Shown in pieces: positions 12,600 to 25,230 of a stretch of 43,155 bases of DNA. The stretch is from Geosiphon pyriformis uo1 (Eukaryota; Fungi; Glomeromycota). The DNA lies in contig JAAOMT010000234.1 in the NCBI GenBank assembly GCA_016748015.1, positions 1 to 43,155 of the forward strand, in the 5' to 3' direction. The notes below the pieces were generated by a model. That model was not told the DNA's origin, did no database searches, and saw only the letters and a list, made by a program, of their open reading frames with translations. The position numbers were made by a program, and so were the translations under genes. Position 1 is the first letter of the stretch, and each line of letters starts with the position of its first letter.

Positions 12600-13770
12600 A
12601 TTTTAAAATTTTAAGCCTAAATTTCAAGATTAAGACAAAATAATAAAATTTTTTAAAATTCTAACACTAAAAATGTGCACTGTCTTTTAACACACATTTT
12701 AAAAACACTTAAAACTTTATGCAACAAATATTTTGAAATTTATTTTGTACAAATTATTAAAATTTGATTTTTTTCCGAATTTAAAATATAAAAAAAATTA
12801 AAAAAATTGATATAAAATATGATATATTGTGATATAATTTTTTAGGTATTAATATAATGATTATAATATTCTATATTCAAAATTCTACCAATTAAAAAAT
12901 TTTATAATTAAGAATTAAACAATTTTTTTTCAAAAGTTGTTTTATTAAATAAAAAAAAATAACGATTTTAAAATATAGAATAAACAAACGAAAAATATTT
13001 TTGATGTTATTTAGCAAGTTTTAAATATTTATCAAATGAATATATATTAGTATTCTTGTTTAAAATTAATCAATTTTTTATAAAGCTATGTATAAAGATT
13101 CACCCAAAAATTAATTTTTTACAAAAATATTAAACATTACCCTTCGTAATTTCATGAATGTAAAATTTAACTTAAAAAATTTAATATCAAGACAAAATAA
13201 CCTTATAATATTTAAATTTTAAAAAAGAATATTTCTATTAAAAAATGATTATTAAAGTTGTTAATAAACAAAATTTGGAACATTTTAAACCTAATATTTT
13301 AATACAAAATTTTGAAATATTTTAATCAAATTTATTATTAAAAAAATTTCACAATTTTAAAAATATTAGATTGTTATTATTTAATTTTATGAAATTTTGA
13401 ATCGTTTTAGTTATTTAAATCTATTTATAAAAATTAAAGTTTTTAAAATAATTGTTTTAATAAAATTTTTTAATATAAAAATTAATTTTTGCTTAATTTT
13501 GTCTTCTTTAAGTAATTTTCAATTAAGAGAATTTCAATTTTAAAAAAGTTTTTTTAAGAAATCAAATTTTTATTTAAAGAATATTGTTATTATTTTCAAT
13601 TAAAGTGAATTGCGAATTTAAATGTGGTTTGAAATAAGGTTTTAAATGGGTTTTTTAAAATTATATTTTATAAATATTTTATTAAACAACTTGACTTTGA
13701 TTTACAATAAATTAAATTTTTCAACACTAATAATACAATTAAACAGGAAATCTAAACTAAGAAAAAATTA
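12600..13770. repeat. Decayed AT-rich interspersed repeat, related in inverted orientation to ~25560-26090
   Basis: Patchy matches: aaatgtggtttgaaataagg (~13620) vs rc of ccttatttcaaactacattt (~25680); aaatttcaagattaagacaaa (~12620) vs rc of tttgtcacagtcttgaaattt (~26041). Boundaries are approximate. Confidence 0.5.
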
Positions 13771-13960
13771 ATATTGTAGCATTTTATTATATTAAAAATA
13801 TTATGTGAATAAAAAATACACTATTAGAATAAAATTATAAAAATTTATGATATTTACTAAACAATAGGATTAGAATAAATCATAAGAAATAATTGAATAA
13901 TTAAGAATTCACTATATACACCACTTAATAATAAAATAATAACTATTATATTAAAATTTT

Positions 13961-14283
13961 TTATTATTCATGGATTCCATAGAGGGTTTAAAAAATCAAT
14001 AAAATCGTTAGAAGAGGATTCGGTACATTTCATAAAGCAACATACATTGATGGATAAAGCATCATGGCAAAATGGAATGTAAAGAAGCAAAATTAATTCA
14101 AGACATCTTTGCAGAATAGTGATAAACTTTTTAAGGAGGTATATTTTTATGGGTTTAAATTTTTTTAAATGGAGACATGCGAAAATATTTAGAGATCAAT
14201 ATTCTATAATTTTTGGGGCTTCATAGAATTCATTCTATTGGTATGGTTCATTGTGACCTACAGTCGGACAATATTTTATATAC
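13961..14283 (+). pseudogene. Fragmentary TKL kinase relic
   Basis: Degraded YYSWIP, RRGFGTFHKATYIDG, the conserved intron donor (ttaaggag|gtat), GDMRKYL and GLHRIHSIGMVHCDLQSDNIL, with large deletions. Confidence 0.85.
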
Positions 14284-15149
14284 AAGAGATTGGGTAGGCT
14301 GTACCTTTTAAAATTATTTTTAATGAAATTTCAATTCACAAATTTTATGAGGAAAAGAATTTGTTGAATCACATCTCAGTAATTAAAAATTAATATTTGC
14401 AAAAAGAAACAGTGAAAATTTACTTTCAAATAAAAAGTAAGGATCATGAATCACTCATTTTCGATAAAAATATTCAAATAAAAGCTTTGGATTATTTTGC
14501 AAACTTTTAAGTCATCTACATCAAGTGAAAGTGACCCATTTGTTACTTTGAGCTGTCATTTTTATTATTAATCTATATTCGAATGACGTTCAATACAACT
14601 GCATTGCAAGGAATTGTATGTCATATTAATTATTGTTGTGCTGGTTCGAAAGCAATGTTAATTTTAAAAGAAGAATAACATATGATTTAAGGTTTTTGAA
14701 GTAGAATAATTACCAGTTTCTAATGAACAAAAGGTTGTTGAATGGAGATGTTACCCTATTTTGCTTGCTGAAGCATCCTTAAAGCTGTAGTTCTTGGAAA
14801 ATTTGGAAACGAAATCATTAATGATTGTTGGCTGACTGGTTGTAAAGAAAGCCCAAAATTTGGGGCAGGGTTTCTTCAAGACACTCAAACCAAGTAACAA
14901 CTTCTGAACGAGTTTTTGAAATTTTTCAGAACATGCAAGTTGTCATTAACTCAGGCAGACATTATTTTAGCGTTGATTGGATGCGGACTTGAGCTGATTA
15001 AAATAACGAATCAAATTAGAATTAACAAAAAATAGTGGTTATTTAAAAAGAAATCATAGTAGTCGAAATCTATTGTTGATAAACGTTCTGAACTTCCAAT
15101 TCTCTAAAACCCTAATTTCTATGTTCACTAGTAATTTAATGAAAACCTC

Positions 15150-15857
15150 AAAAAGCAATATTAAATCCTATATAATTCATAAGAAACCAATTATTAATGA
15201 AGTAGACAGAATAAAACGGCAAAAGTGGCTAAAATATACAAGCATTGAACTAAAGAGGATTGAGGACGTATATTTTAAACAGATAATCTATATGCATTGC
15301 TTCATGTAGAAAATTTCGTGTATGGTGTCATAAAAGTGAGCTTTACAACTCTGATCATACACGAGCAACCTTTAAAAGTGGACGTAAATCTATCATCGTA
15401 TCGGATGTACCCTCACGTATGACTGGAAGCCTTATATTAAATATAGTTTATCAGGAATATAACGCTCCGATAGAAGTGCAGGCTTGTGAAAAAACTCCAA
15501 GATAATCTTGGAATTGTGACATTGGAATAGTCTTAACAATCGCCAGATCTTAGTACAATAGTAAATATGTGGAGTTAAAAATTGGATCCACCAAAACCGA
15601 AAGTCACGAACAAAAGCTGACTTTGAGGAGGCAATCTTTACTGTGTGGGATGCTATTCCATTAGAGACAATTCTTCAATTTATTGTACTCGATGCCAAAA
15701 CGTGTTATTGAAGTTATAAAAAGAAAGGGCTATGCAATCCATTGGTAGATGTTTGTTTTTCAGTATTTAAGTTATAGTGAAAAAGCTACTTTATATTACA
15801 TTATATCAGGGGAAAATTATTTTTTTATCTTGAGAAAATCGTCTGACTTCCCGTCTG
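15150..15857 (+). mobile_element. Tc1/mariner DNA transposon relic (degenerate transposase C-terminal half)
   Basis: KKPIINEVDRIKRQKW, QE(Y)NAP (DNAP-like), QSPDL..I.NMW and WDAIPLETI...MPKRVIEVIKRKGYAIHW*. Possible right end ...cccgtctg|TA at 15857. Confidence 0.8.
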
Positions 15858-16073
15858 TACTTTAAATTTAATAGAGCAAATTACCTTGTTTTATTTGACG
15901 TTCTCTTAATGCCACTGGGATTTTATGGCATTTATCATATTCTGGGACCATAGGGTATAATTGAATACTTTATTTTTAGACAATAAAAGTCTTAACTCGG
16001 CTCCAGAAATCTAATAAATGATTGAAGTCAGTTTTTATAGAAAGTGTCGATCATCGGCCATAAAAACAAAGAT

Positions 16074-16078
16074 AAAAA
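16074..16078 (-). terminator. RNA polymerase III oligo-T terminator of the 5S gene
   Basis: TTTTT on the minus strand immediately at the 5S 3' end. Confidence 0.75.
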
Positions 16079-16194
16079 TTACGGCACCCTATATTCCCGC
16101 GTGGTCCCCCACCGCAGTACTGACAGAGCCATCGGTGACTTAACTTCGGAGATCGGACGGGTTCCGGTGCTTTGCACTGTGTATGGCCGTAATT
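16076..16194 (-). rRNA. 5S rRNA: 5S ribosomal RNA gene (solo copy)
   Basis: The reverse complement reads AATTACGGCCATAC...CCCGTCCGATCTCCGAAGTTAAG...CAGTACTGCGGTGGGGGACCACGCGGGAATATAGGGTGCCGTAATTT. About 119 nt, with complementary 5'/3' ends (stem I) and box A/box C-type internal promoter. Confidence 0.97.
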
Positions 16195-17066
16195 AAAATC
16201 CTTTCCAATCTATATTATTTATTCGGTTAAAATTCTGCTCCTTAGTAAAACGAATATTAAGATTCAGTCTTCTTTTAAAACAACTTGATATATTATTAAA
16301 AATAGTTTATTAAATTAAATCCAATTACAAATTAATAATTTCAACCCAAAAATTTTCAGACGTGTATAATAGATTTTTTTATATTTTGAATTTTGACAAA
16401 TATCGTAATATAGCCGAATTTTACTAACAAAAGTTGGCTTATGTTCATATATTGTAAAACAGATGTGAACTTTTTTCTCACTCATGAAAAGAGACTGTTG
16501 AGAATTGTTTTAATATCAAGTTTTAAATAATATTCTTTTTGTTATATTCATAAAGGAAGTTCTTTTGATACATTTGGTTTTAAGATATATATATTTTTAA
16601 ATTGCGTAGTTTAAAAGAAGCTTTCGACTTATTAGTTTTCCTAAATTATAATCATTTAATTTTACTTTTTTATCCAGATTATATATTATTTTGCACGATT
16701 TAACTTGAAATTTTTTATTTGTCCCAATTCAATGAAATCTTTTTCGAAAAAAAATACCCTATCAATAAGAACTTGTAAAGATCATTTATTATGCGAGGAA
16801 AAATTGACAATGCTATCAGATCCAGAAATCTATTTATTGTATTGAATATCTAGATATAAAAGAATGTGATAGAACTATAAAAATAGAATAAACTGAGATT
16901 CTAGCTGCATAAACCATTCACTATAGATATGCCAAAAGTAAAATATTCAACTAATCATAGAGTTTAAGAAGACAAGTAAAAAATAATAGCATCCAAAAAA
17001 GCTTACAAGATGCGAAAAACCCTTTGAAAGTAAGGAAAATACGAATTTAATAAAGATAAAAGTTTC

Positions 17067-17342
17067 CTATAGCATGATATTCCTATTATTATTTTCTATA
17101 TTAGGATTTCTATTATTTGGTATACAATATGCCTTTTTACAATTGTTTCCCTCAGTTGGTACAAGAACACATCGTTGCCATTCACAACGCAAAGATTCTT
17201 CATAAGTGCATCCTTCTTGTTCTCGAAAACAGCTTAGAACCTCAGTATTTTCTCTTGGTCGAGGAGCCCAAGCCATTTTAGTAATCAAGGCAAAAATCAA
17301 AAAGGCCTCAAAGATTTTGTTTAAGATTGATCTGGGTATCAT
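17067..17342 (-). CDS. Small secreted cysteine-rich protein 1 (91 aa, signal peptide, 6 Cys)
   Basis: N-terminal signal-like MIPRSILNKIFEAFLIFALITKMAWA and Cys pattern C-x6-C-x7-C-x4-C-x9-C-x4-C. A paralog at 33502-33819 shares the signal peptide and both flanks. Confidence 0.82.
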   Translation of the reverse strand: MIPRSILNKIFEAFLIFALITKMAWAPRPRENTEVLSCFREQEGCTYEESLRCEWQRCVLVPTEGNNCKKAYCIPNNRNPNIENNNRNIML

Positions 17343-18182
17343 AATAAAAGTTTTTTCAGGGTGCTTTTTTATCTTATGAAGAAGATAGAGTTAAGATAAT
17401 TGTATTTTATTACTTTAATAGCCAAAAGCTTTGGTAATTTAAAATTTGGCAAGCGAAATGGTTTCTTTTTATAAGAAAAGTTCTGAACTTTTAGATATTA
17501 CAAAAGTTTAGTTAGTAGTAAAATAATGATAGAAAAATCTTCAAAAGTATCTTCAATGATTGAATGAAAATAACTAACTTAAGATATACTATTGTCAAGA
17601 AAAAATTGATAATCTAAAGAATTAAAAAAAAATTGAATGGTTATTTAAGATATTTAACTATTTTGGCCACAATAAAGTTTGCAGGAAATTTACCTCTATA
17701 TGAAATTGCCTAAAAGAAATCAGGACCATATTAAAATAAGATGGACACTATTTTTTATGAATTCAAGATTTTGATATAAATTTCCAGTTTTTGGGACAAC
17801 AAACCTAAATATAGATTTTTAAGGTTTAATAGAATCAAGTCGATTATCTTATAAATAATGAAGAATGGAAATTTCATAGTAGTTAATGACCTTACCCATT
17901 TGGGATCTCTCGTGAACACATTTCGAGCAATGTAGTGCAAGGGAAAAATGTAAATCTCGTCTCACATATAATAAGCTAAATTTTTTTTGAACAATTAAAT
18001 TTTCTAGATTCTGATTATCGTTTTTAAGGAAGGCTACTAATAGAGTAGTGTACATAAATTTAAAAATACAAAAATGTTTAAACATGAAAAGGATCAAGTC
18101 ATTTGCCCAACTCATTGTTTTTATTAAGAAAAATTAAAAAATGAATATGAAAGTTATTTGCTTTTTTCTAGATTGCATTTAA

Positions 18183-19046
18183 AATACAATATTCCTTTCA
18201 TGCATTCGAAAAGATACTAAAATAAATAAGGCCTCATTAAATCACTGATTGCTTGTAAGCAAAAATCGGAGAAATAATTTCATGTTTACTAAATGGAACT
18301 TTTAAAATATGCTTTATAGCCTTAATGAAAATATGTATTTAGAACAATTTAACATTTTCAGAATTTTTTAGTTAAATTTTGAAATTTAATGAAAGTATTA
18401 TACTTATAAAATTCGATGAAGAAATAATATAGCTAACACCGAAAAGAACTGTGCGTCAGCACATTACAAAAATTTACTCATGTTCAAAATATGAATATCT
18501 ATGAATTAGATTTTATTGTATGCTCACAATTTTTATTTAAATATAGAAGATATTTTCCCTTTGTAGCAAAATTAGGATCATGAAATTACTTAAATAAAAA
18601 GATATTTATAGAAAACTTTTAGAAAAGATTTATCAAGAGTCATTTGTTTGAAAATAAAATACATATAAAGAGCAGAGGAGTAACTATATACAGTCCTGGC
18701 TGAAAATAATGACAAACAGTTTCTTTTGAATTACAAAATCTTTTTATTGAAGACAATTTAATACCAATGCTATAATATATATATAAAATTAATATTTAAC
18801 ATAGCCTCCTTCATTTATACAAGCCTTGAATACGAGTATATATGTCACAAATGTTAGTAAGTACCTCCTCTGGAAGGTTTGCCCATTGTTCTTTTACTAG
18901 CTAGATAAAAATCTCCCGAGACCGTTTTTGTTGCCAACATTCTTTTTATTTTTCTTTACAATATAGTCCAGATGTTCTCAATAGGGTTGAGATCCGGGCT
19001 ATATAGTGACAACGACAGAACACGACATGGAAGGCTTGCTTGGAGT
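18183..19046. repeat. Arm 1 of an ~850-bp high-identity inverted duplication (partner 28739-29579)
   Basis: Long exact stretches, e.g. gcctcattaaatcactgattgcttgtaagcaaaaatcggag and cctggctgaaaataatgacaaacagtttc, match the reverse complement of 28739-29579. Confidence 0.93.
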
Positions 19047-19430
19047 TTATCATGCACATTATTACTGGAGATTAAGAGCATAATTGAGCCAATTGGAAAT
19101 GTAGACAAGCCTTGAGGACTTATCCCGGATAGTTTATTTGCCGACCTCAAATGCTAGATGCATTTCTTTGAGCGCTTTAATTTCGGCTGCCATAAAGAAA
19201 TGATCTCCGGGCACGATTTTGCCGATCTGGCGACGTTTGGAAGAAGTAAGCTTATAAGCGGCCACGCGATAAATATCCCAAATTTAGACATTTTACAAAT
19301 TATGACGACATAACGTTGACAGCAACGAAGGTAATACCAGTTAGTTTGGCAATTTCGGTTGTATTACGGTGATCATTGCGTTTAAGATACTTAACGACTT
19401 CACTGGTTGATTTTACGGTGTTAGGATGTA
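18691..19430 (-). mobile_element. Tc1/mariner element relic, internally deleted, with an intact TA-flanked terminal repeat
   Basis: Terminus TA|CAGTCCTGGCTGAAAATAATGACAAACAG at 18691. Minus-strand translation gives HTH-like TTEIAKLTGI and KLTSSKRRQIGKIV...AAEIKA, joined to YSPDLNPIENIW (third catalytic motif). Confidence 0.85.
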
Positions 19431-21880
19431 TTAGGTAAGTAAAAAGATAAATGAAAAGATAAAATGGGTAACGGCAAGAATAAATGAGAGGTTATGTGAC
19501 ATTAGGGGGTAAAGAAAAATAGTATTTACACGTCGGTGTTTTTTTGCAAGGAGGTCGGTAATGCGATATGATTTACGAAAAACGGTGACGCCATTACCTT
19601 CCGCTGAGATTGTATTTTTTATTCTAATGCGAAAAGTTAAAATAGAAGATTAGTTACCCATTTATTGTTATTAATTTGTTTTTTTCTTTAAAAGTTTCTA
19701 TAGGGTTAAGCATATAATACTAAAAAATATTTTTTCAGCCCTTCATTACTACAGGAATTGAATAAAAAACGTAATCTTTAAGAAAACAAGCATAAAGTAT
19801 GAATTAAAGGCCTTTTTTTCAAATACAAAGCATCCTCACGATGAATCTTTTGGAGGAATCTTGAATAGCAAATGGTAAGCAAAATAATAGTCATCATAGA
19901 AATTCCTGTGACGAAAACTAGAAATCCTATGGATATTTTTTTAAGAAGCAAACTGCATTACCAATTTTAAATTTGGAGGTTTTGCTCAACCAATTTTTTG
20001 TATTTGAATTAACATTTTAAATAAGCATTTCAATTTTTTTGAAATTTTTTACATAAAATAAACCTGCAAAATAAGTCAATAGTAATTATAATTTAACAAA
20101 CCATCATATTTGTTTAATAAAAATTTGTATTCAATTCTTTTATACAAATTATACAACATGTAAAAAGTTGTTAATTATTTTAAATAATATTTCAGAATTT
20201 GATTGATTTATCCTATTTAACAATCGGTTTTTAAACGAAAAGCTATAAATAGATTGATTTTAATTTCAGAATTAAAAGTGAAAACATTATTACTTATTGT
20301 AAAACTAATTCTTTATTATATATTAAAAATATTTCATCTTATTAAATTAATCAACAATGACTAAAATATGATTAAATCGATTAAAATTTGCAGAATCTTT
20401 ATGAAAATTTATTTTTATTAGTAAATAAATACTAAAAATAGCTATAATAATACAAAATTAATGGTATAATTTTTTTCTTTTTATACACATATTACAAATA
20501 CAAACATAATTTTCAATAAAATTTTAAAGTTATGACGATTAAAAAACTTGATTAATTAATAAATTATACAGTTGTGAATCAGATTAACAAACTAATAAAT
20601 AATCAAAGTAAAAATAACTAAATTTAATTAACAAAACCAAATTGAATATATAAGTGATTTAATTAATGTGATCAGTCTCACTAATTATAGTTACTAATTT
20701 TTTGAAAGAAAATTTAAAAGTAGAGAAATTGTTTAAAATTATTTATAAAAAATAATGCAACTGTTTTAATTTTATGTCTCAATTTATATTTTTAAAATTT
20801 AATAATAGATATTAATTATATTTTAACAGTCCTTTATTAAATGAATTAAAAACCAAATTTTGAATTAATTTTGATTTGAAAGTAAAAAAATAAAATAATA
20901 ATTGATAAAATTGTACTTAATTTTTTTGCAGCTTTGTTGATAATATTTAAATGAATTTTTAAAATTAATATATTTATTTTTAATTAAAAATATAATAAAA
21001 ATTTGTTAATAAATTATGACATAATATAAAATTATTGTAGAGACATAATTCAAATAAAAAGACATAATGATAATTTAATTTAATTAAAAAATAAAATTTT
21101 AAGTAATAAATATTTTTGACAAAATATGAAAATTTTAATAACTCTTTTTTAATGAGAATAACTATTCATAATTAGCTGATAATTTTAATTCTAATTAATC
21201 AAAAAAATTGAATTAACTAGTATTGAAAAATTTTGAACGAATATGTCAAAATTCATTTAAAATTACTTTAATATGTCCAAGAAGTATTGAAAAAATTTTC
21301 TAGAAATTTTGGTTGATAGTATAAAACAGCACATTGCAACACAAGATCACCAAAAGCATAGTGCTAATAGCTTAATATTTATACAATTTATTTTGGCTTA
21401 AATAAGAGTATTATATCGAAAACATTTTTTCAACTTATTAATTGAACATTAAGATAAGAAAAATTAGTTTATTTAAGCAAAATAGATTAAGTTGTTTTCT
21501 CGAATAGTTTTACTGAAAAAAAGTAGTTGAAAAATAGGAATTAAACCTATTTAGATATAAAATATTGAGCTGTGATCTTTTTCAATATTTATAATTATCG
21601 CAATATTTTGAAACATGTTAAAAAAATTTCTTTGCTATTTTGTGTAATTTTTATTGATTTTGAGAATATTGGTTATTTTTATCGATTAATTTTAAACAAA
21701 AATGAATATTAATTTAATTAAAGTTTTTCATTTTTATTAATGTTGTAAAATAATTCTTGATTCTATTTTATAAATATAAAAAATAATATCTGCTAAAATT
21801 CTTTAATATATACTTTTTTTTATTAATTTTAAAATAATTTTTTAAATTTGGAGTTTGAATTTTAGGTTATTTTAATAACG

Positions 21881-24800
21881 AATTATGCATAACCACTTAA
21901 TTTATATTATAAACAATATTAATTATAGATTTTTTAAAATAATTACTAATATAAAAAAATGGTAAATCAAAAGATAAATTCAGATAAATATACAAAAATT
22001 TTAAATATTAAAAAATAAAAATTTTTTCTATAAATATATTTTAACATTAATAAAATGTTGGTTTAATTAATAAAAATGGTTACGAATTTATAATATTTTT
22101 TTTTATTAAAACAGTATATATATATATATATATATATACATAATTTTTATAAAAATACATTTTTATGGTAAACAAGTTAACATAGAAATATTATATTATT
22201 ATTTATCAAAAAAATATAATCAATTAAGATAGTAATATATTAATAACATTTGTTTTATTTATAAATAAAGATATTAAAACATCATAATAAATGATTATAT
22301 TTGTATTTTAAACAAATTATATATTTTAAATCTTGAATCAAGTTTAATTAACTTGAAAAATTGACAAACAATGAAGAATATTATGGTTAGTTAATTAAAT
22401 ATATATAATGTATTGTTTTTATAAAATTTTAAATTTTTTCAAGATATTTTTTACTATGTTGTTAAGATAAAAGTAAACAATATTTTTTTACATATTTAAA
22501 ATTTTTACTAAAATATTAAATCTTACTTTATCAAATGGAAATATAATATTTAACTTTTTAATTTCATTATTAAATATCATGATAAATAGTAAGATCAAAA
22601 AATGATAAATGATAATATCCACTATAAGAAATTAAACTTGGGACTAACAGAAAATAAGCTTGAATTTAATATGTTAGAATGATAAATTAGTGACTAACCT
22701 ATTAATTATGGCAGTTTAAACTTGAAATTCAAATCACCCTTATTTGTTATTCTATAATTAATTGTCTTGTAGAAAATCTTTTAGGAATTCTCAACGGAAT
22801 AATTAATGATCCAAAAGTTTTCAATTGAAACAATCGGAATTAGGTTAAAAAGGAACTGCACTTTTCTGTTTTAGTATTAAGCAAACTAAAAATAAAAATG
22901 TCTCCTAGCATCAAAATAATTTATATTAAAAGTTAAGCCTTTTTAAGATTTAGAAAATCTCAAGTAAAAATATTTAAATAAAAATTATAAAGTTCACCTA
23001 TAAACCTTAATTTAGAAATAAAAATGCTCTTAGACAAAATGATTAACAAGATATGCAAGCAACAAATGTCTTATAATTAAATATATAGCTCGTTTAGGTA
23101 AGAAAAATGGGAAACTTGTTTGCATCTTTCTTTGTCTGCTATAACTACTTAAACCTATTTAGTATGACTTGTAATAACGATATTTTTTCTATTAATTGAT
23201 ATGCTATACTAGGGTGAATATAGAAAACAATATAAATACATTTGCTAACTCCGCTTTTAAAAAATTACTTCTTAAACTTACTATCAGATAAAGCCTTTCA
23301 AAGAAAACCGTCTTCGAATAATAACCTATTCTTTTTATTCACTATTTATTCACTATGGGGAATCTTCAAACTAAAATAAGGCGCTGTGAAGCTTATCTTA
23401 AAAACACTCGTCTATATGCTCATAATTGCAATAAGTGTTCATTCTGTCAAGAGAGTATTAAAAACAATAAGTTCAATGAGTGTGCGGCATGCAAGTTCAT
23501 ATTTTTTAAAAAACTTTATAAGAACTTTTCAAGCGGTAATAAAGTAGTTGATGAAATAATTAAGAATCCAATTTATATTCCACCTAATAAGAATAATTAT
23601 AACTATGGTGATGTTCTTTACTATGAATGGATTCCATGGGAGCGTTTGTCAAATATTAACGAAATTGCTAGAGGAGGGTTCGGTATAATTTATAAGGGAA
23701 CCCTAATTGATGGATTAGTCAATTTAAATAGTATAAAACATTATGGCTCAATAGAATATGAAAGAGCGGGAAAAGGGATAAAAGCAGCAATAAAAGTTAT
23801 AAATATGAACAGTTCAGAAGTGTTTAAAGAGGTAAGCAAACTATAATTATTTATATTTATATTTATATTTTTATAAATATCATATTTAACTATTATTTAT
23901 TTACACTTTGTCGTTGATAGTTAAATAATCAAAGAACTATGTTTATTAATAACAAGGGTAAAGACTTATATTATATCTCTTCAATGTATGGAATTACGCA
24001 AAACGCTGAAACACTCGAGTATGGAATTGTGATGCCCTTTGCTAAACTTGGAGATATGCGAAAATATTTATCAACAAATTTTTATTCTGCCAGTTGGAAA
24101 GATAAATTAAGAATCGCATGGAATATAACTTATGGGCTTTCACGAATTCATTCTTCTGGTATGGTTCATCGTGACCTACACTCTGGCAACATCTTACAAG
24201 ATTATGAAAATGAAGTAAATATTGGAGACCTCGGATTATGTCAACCAGTAAACCATGAACCAACAACAGCAACAAGTGGTAAAGACGCAAAGGAAAAAAA
24301 GATATATGGAGTAATTCCATACATTCCACCAGAGGTTTTAAGAGGAAAAAAGTTTACAAAAAGGGGTGATATTTATAGTTTTGCCATGTTATTATGGGAA
24401 TTAGCAACAGGAAAGCCTCCTTTTTATGATCGTTCTCATGACCACCTTCTTATAATAGATATTTTAAATGGTATTAGACCTGAAATTACTTTCCCACTTA
24501 TTCCACCTTCTATTGCCGAAATAATTGTAAACTGTTGGGATATTAATCCTAAAAATCGTCCTACTGCGGAAGAAGTTAAAGCTAAGTTAGGGAAACTTTC
24601 GATGAAGTCTAAAGATGAGTCTACAGATGAAAACGAGCAATTTTTAGAATCAGAGAAATACGTAGAAGAAATGTTAAAGAACGAGGCGACAACAACAACT
24701 TGCATTCATCCAGGAGCGGTTTATACAAGTTGTGTTTTAACTTTGCAAATGATTGATTTTTCTAAAGGTTAGTTTATTTAATTTATTAGAGTTTTTACGT

Positions 24801-25230
24801 TGATTAATTCATTGATTTAATTATTATATACTAAAATTTATTTTAATTTATTTTACTATTTTAATAGAATTTGTGTTTCTCCCTAAAAAGGAAAAGGTAA
24901 AAAAAGTTTGAATATAAATTTATAGATATCCTAATTTTTAAACACTTATATATTTTTGCTATATAACATATTTAGACGAGTCCTAATGAGTCTAATCGTG
25001 ATCGATTATTTTCATTTCCCATTTGTGATAATCATGTTGGAACTTCTCATAATGAATATATTCCAGATAACGTAGGATATTGCCCAACTGTAAGTCATAA
25101 TGAACGAGACCAACAGAATGAATTCCCATGAAGTTCAGTAATTATAACCCACGCGATCTCTAATTTTATCGAACCCAATGAGCAGAATGTTAAATATTTT
25201 CACATGTCTCCATATAAATAAATTTAAATA
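21881..25230 (+). repeat. Segmental duplication copy B (upstream region + kinase 2 + 3' region), homologous to 7995-11640
   Basis: Collinear similarity as described for copy A. Confidence 0.9.
23355..25131 (+). CDS. Tyrosine-kinase-like (TKL) protein kinase 2, ~502 aa, 4 exons
   Basis: Exons 23355-23831, 23921-24767, 24868-24896 and 24976-25131 with GT-AG introns give a frame-consistent 1509 nt. Motifs: ARGGFGIIY, AAIK, HRDLHSGNIL, IGDLGL, YGVIPYIPPE, DIYSFAMLLWE. Intron positions match kinase 1. The last two exons are inferred. Confidence 0.92.

Noticed and set aside
14480-15010. Relatively GC-rich stretch that might be coding (similarly 26700-27250 and 31070-31145)
   Set aside because: The frames I tried contain stops and I recognise no motif. 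A translated search is needed.
17755-18115. Short ORFs 17755-17940 and 17849-18115 (also 28345-28581, 29947-30141, 33875-34075, 37817-38038)
   Set aside because: Low-complexity AT-rich frames in flanks or TE relics, not conserved as ORFs between the duplicated segments.
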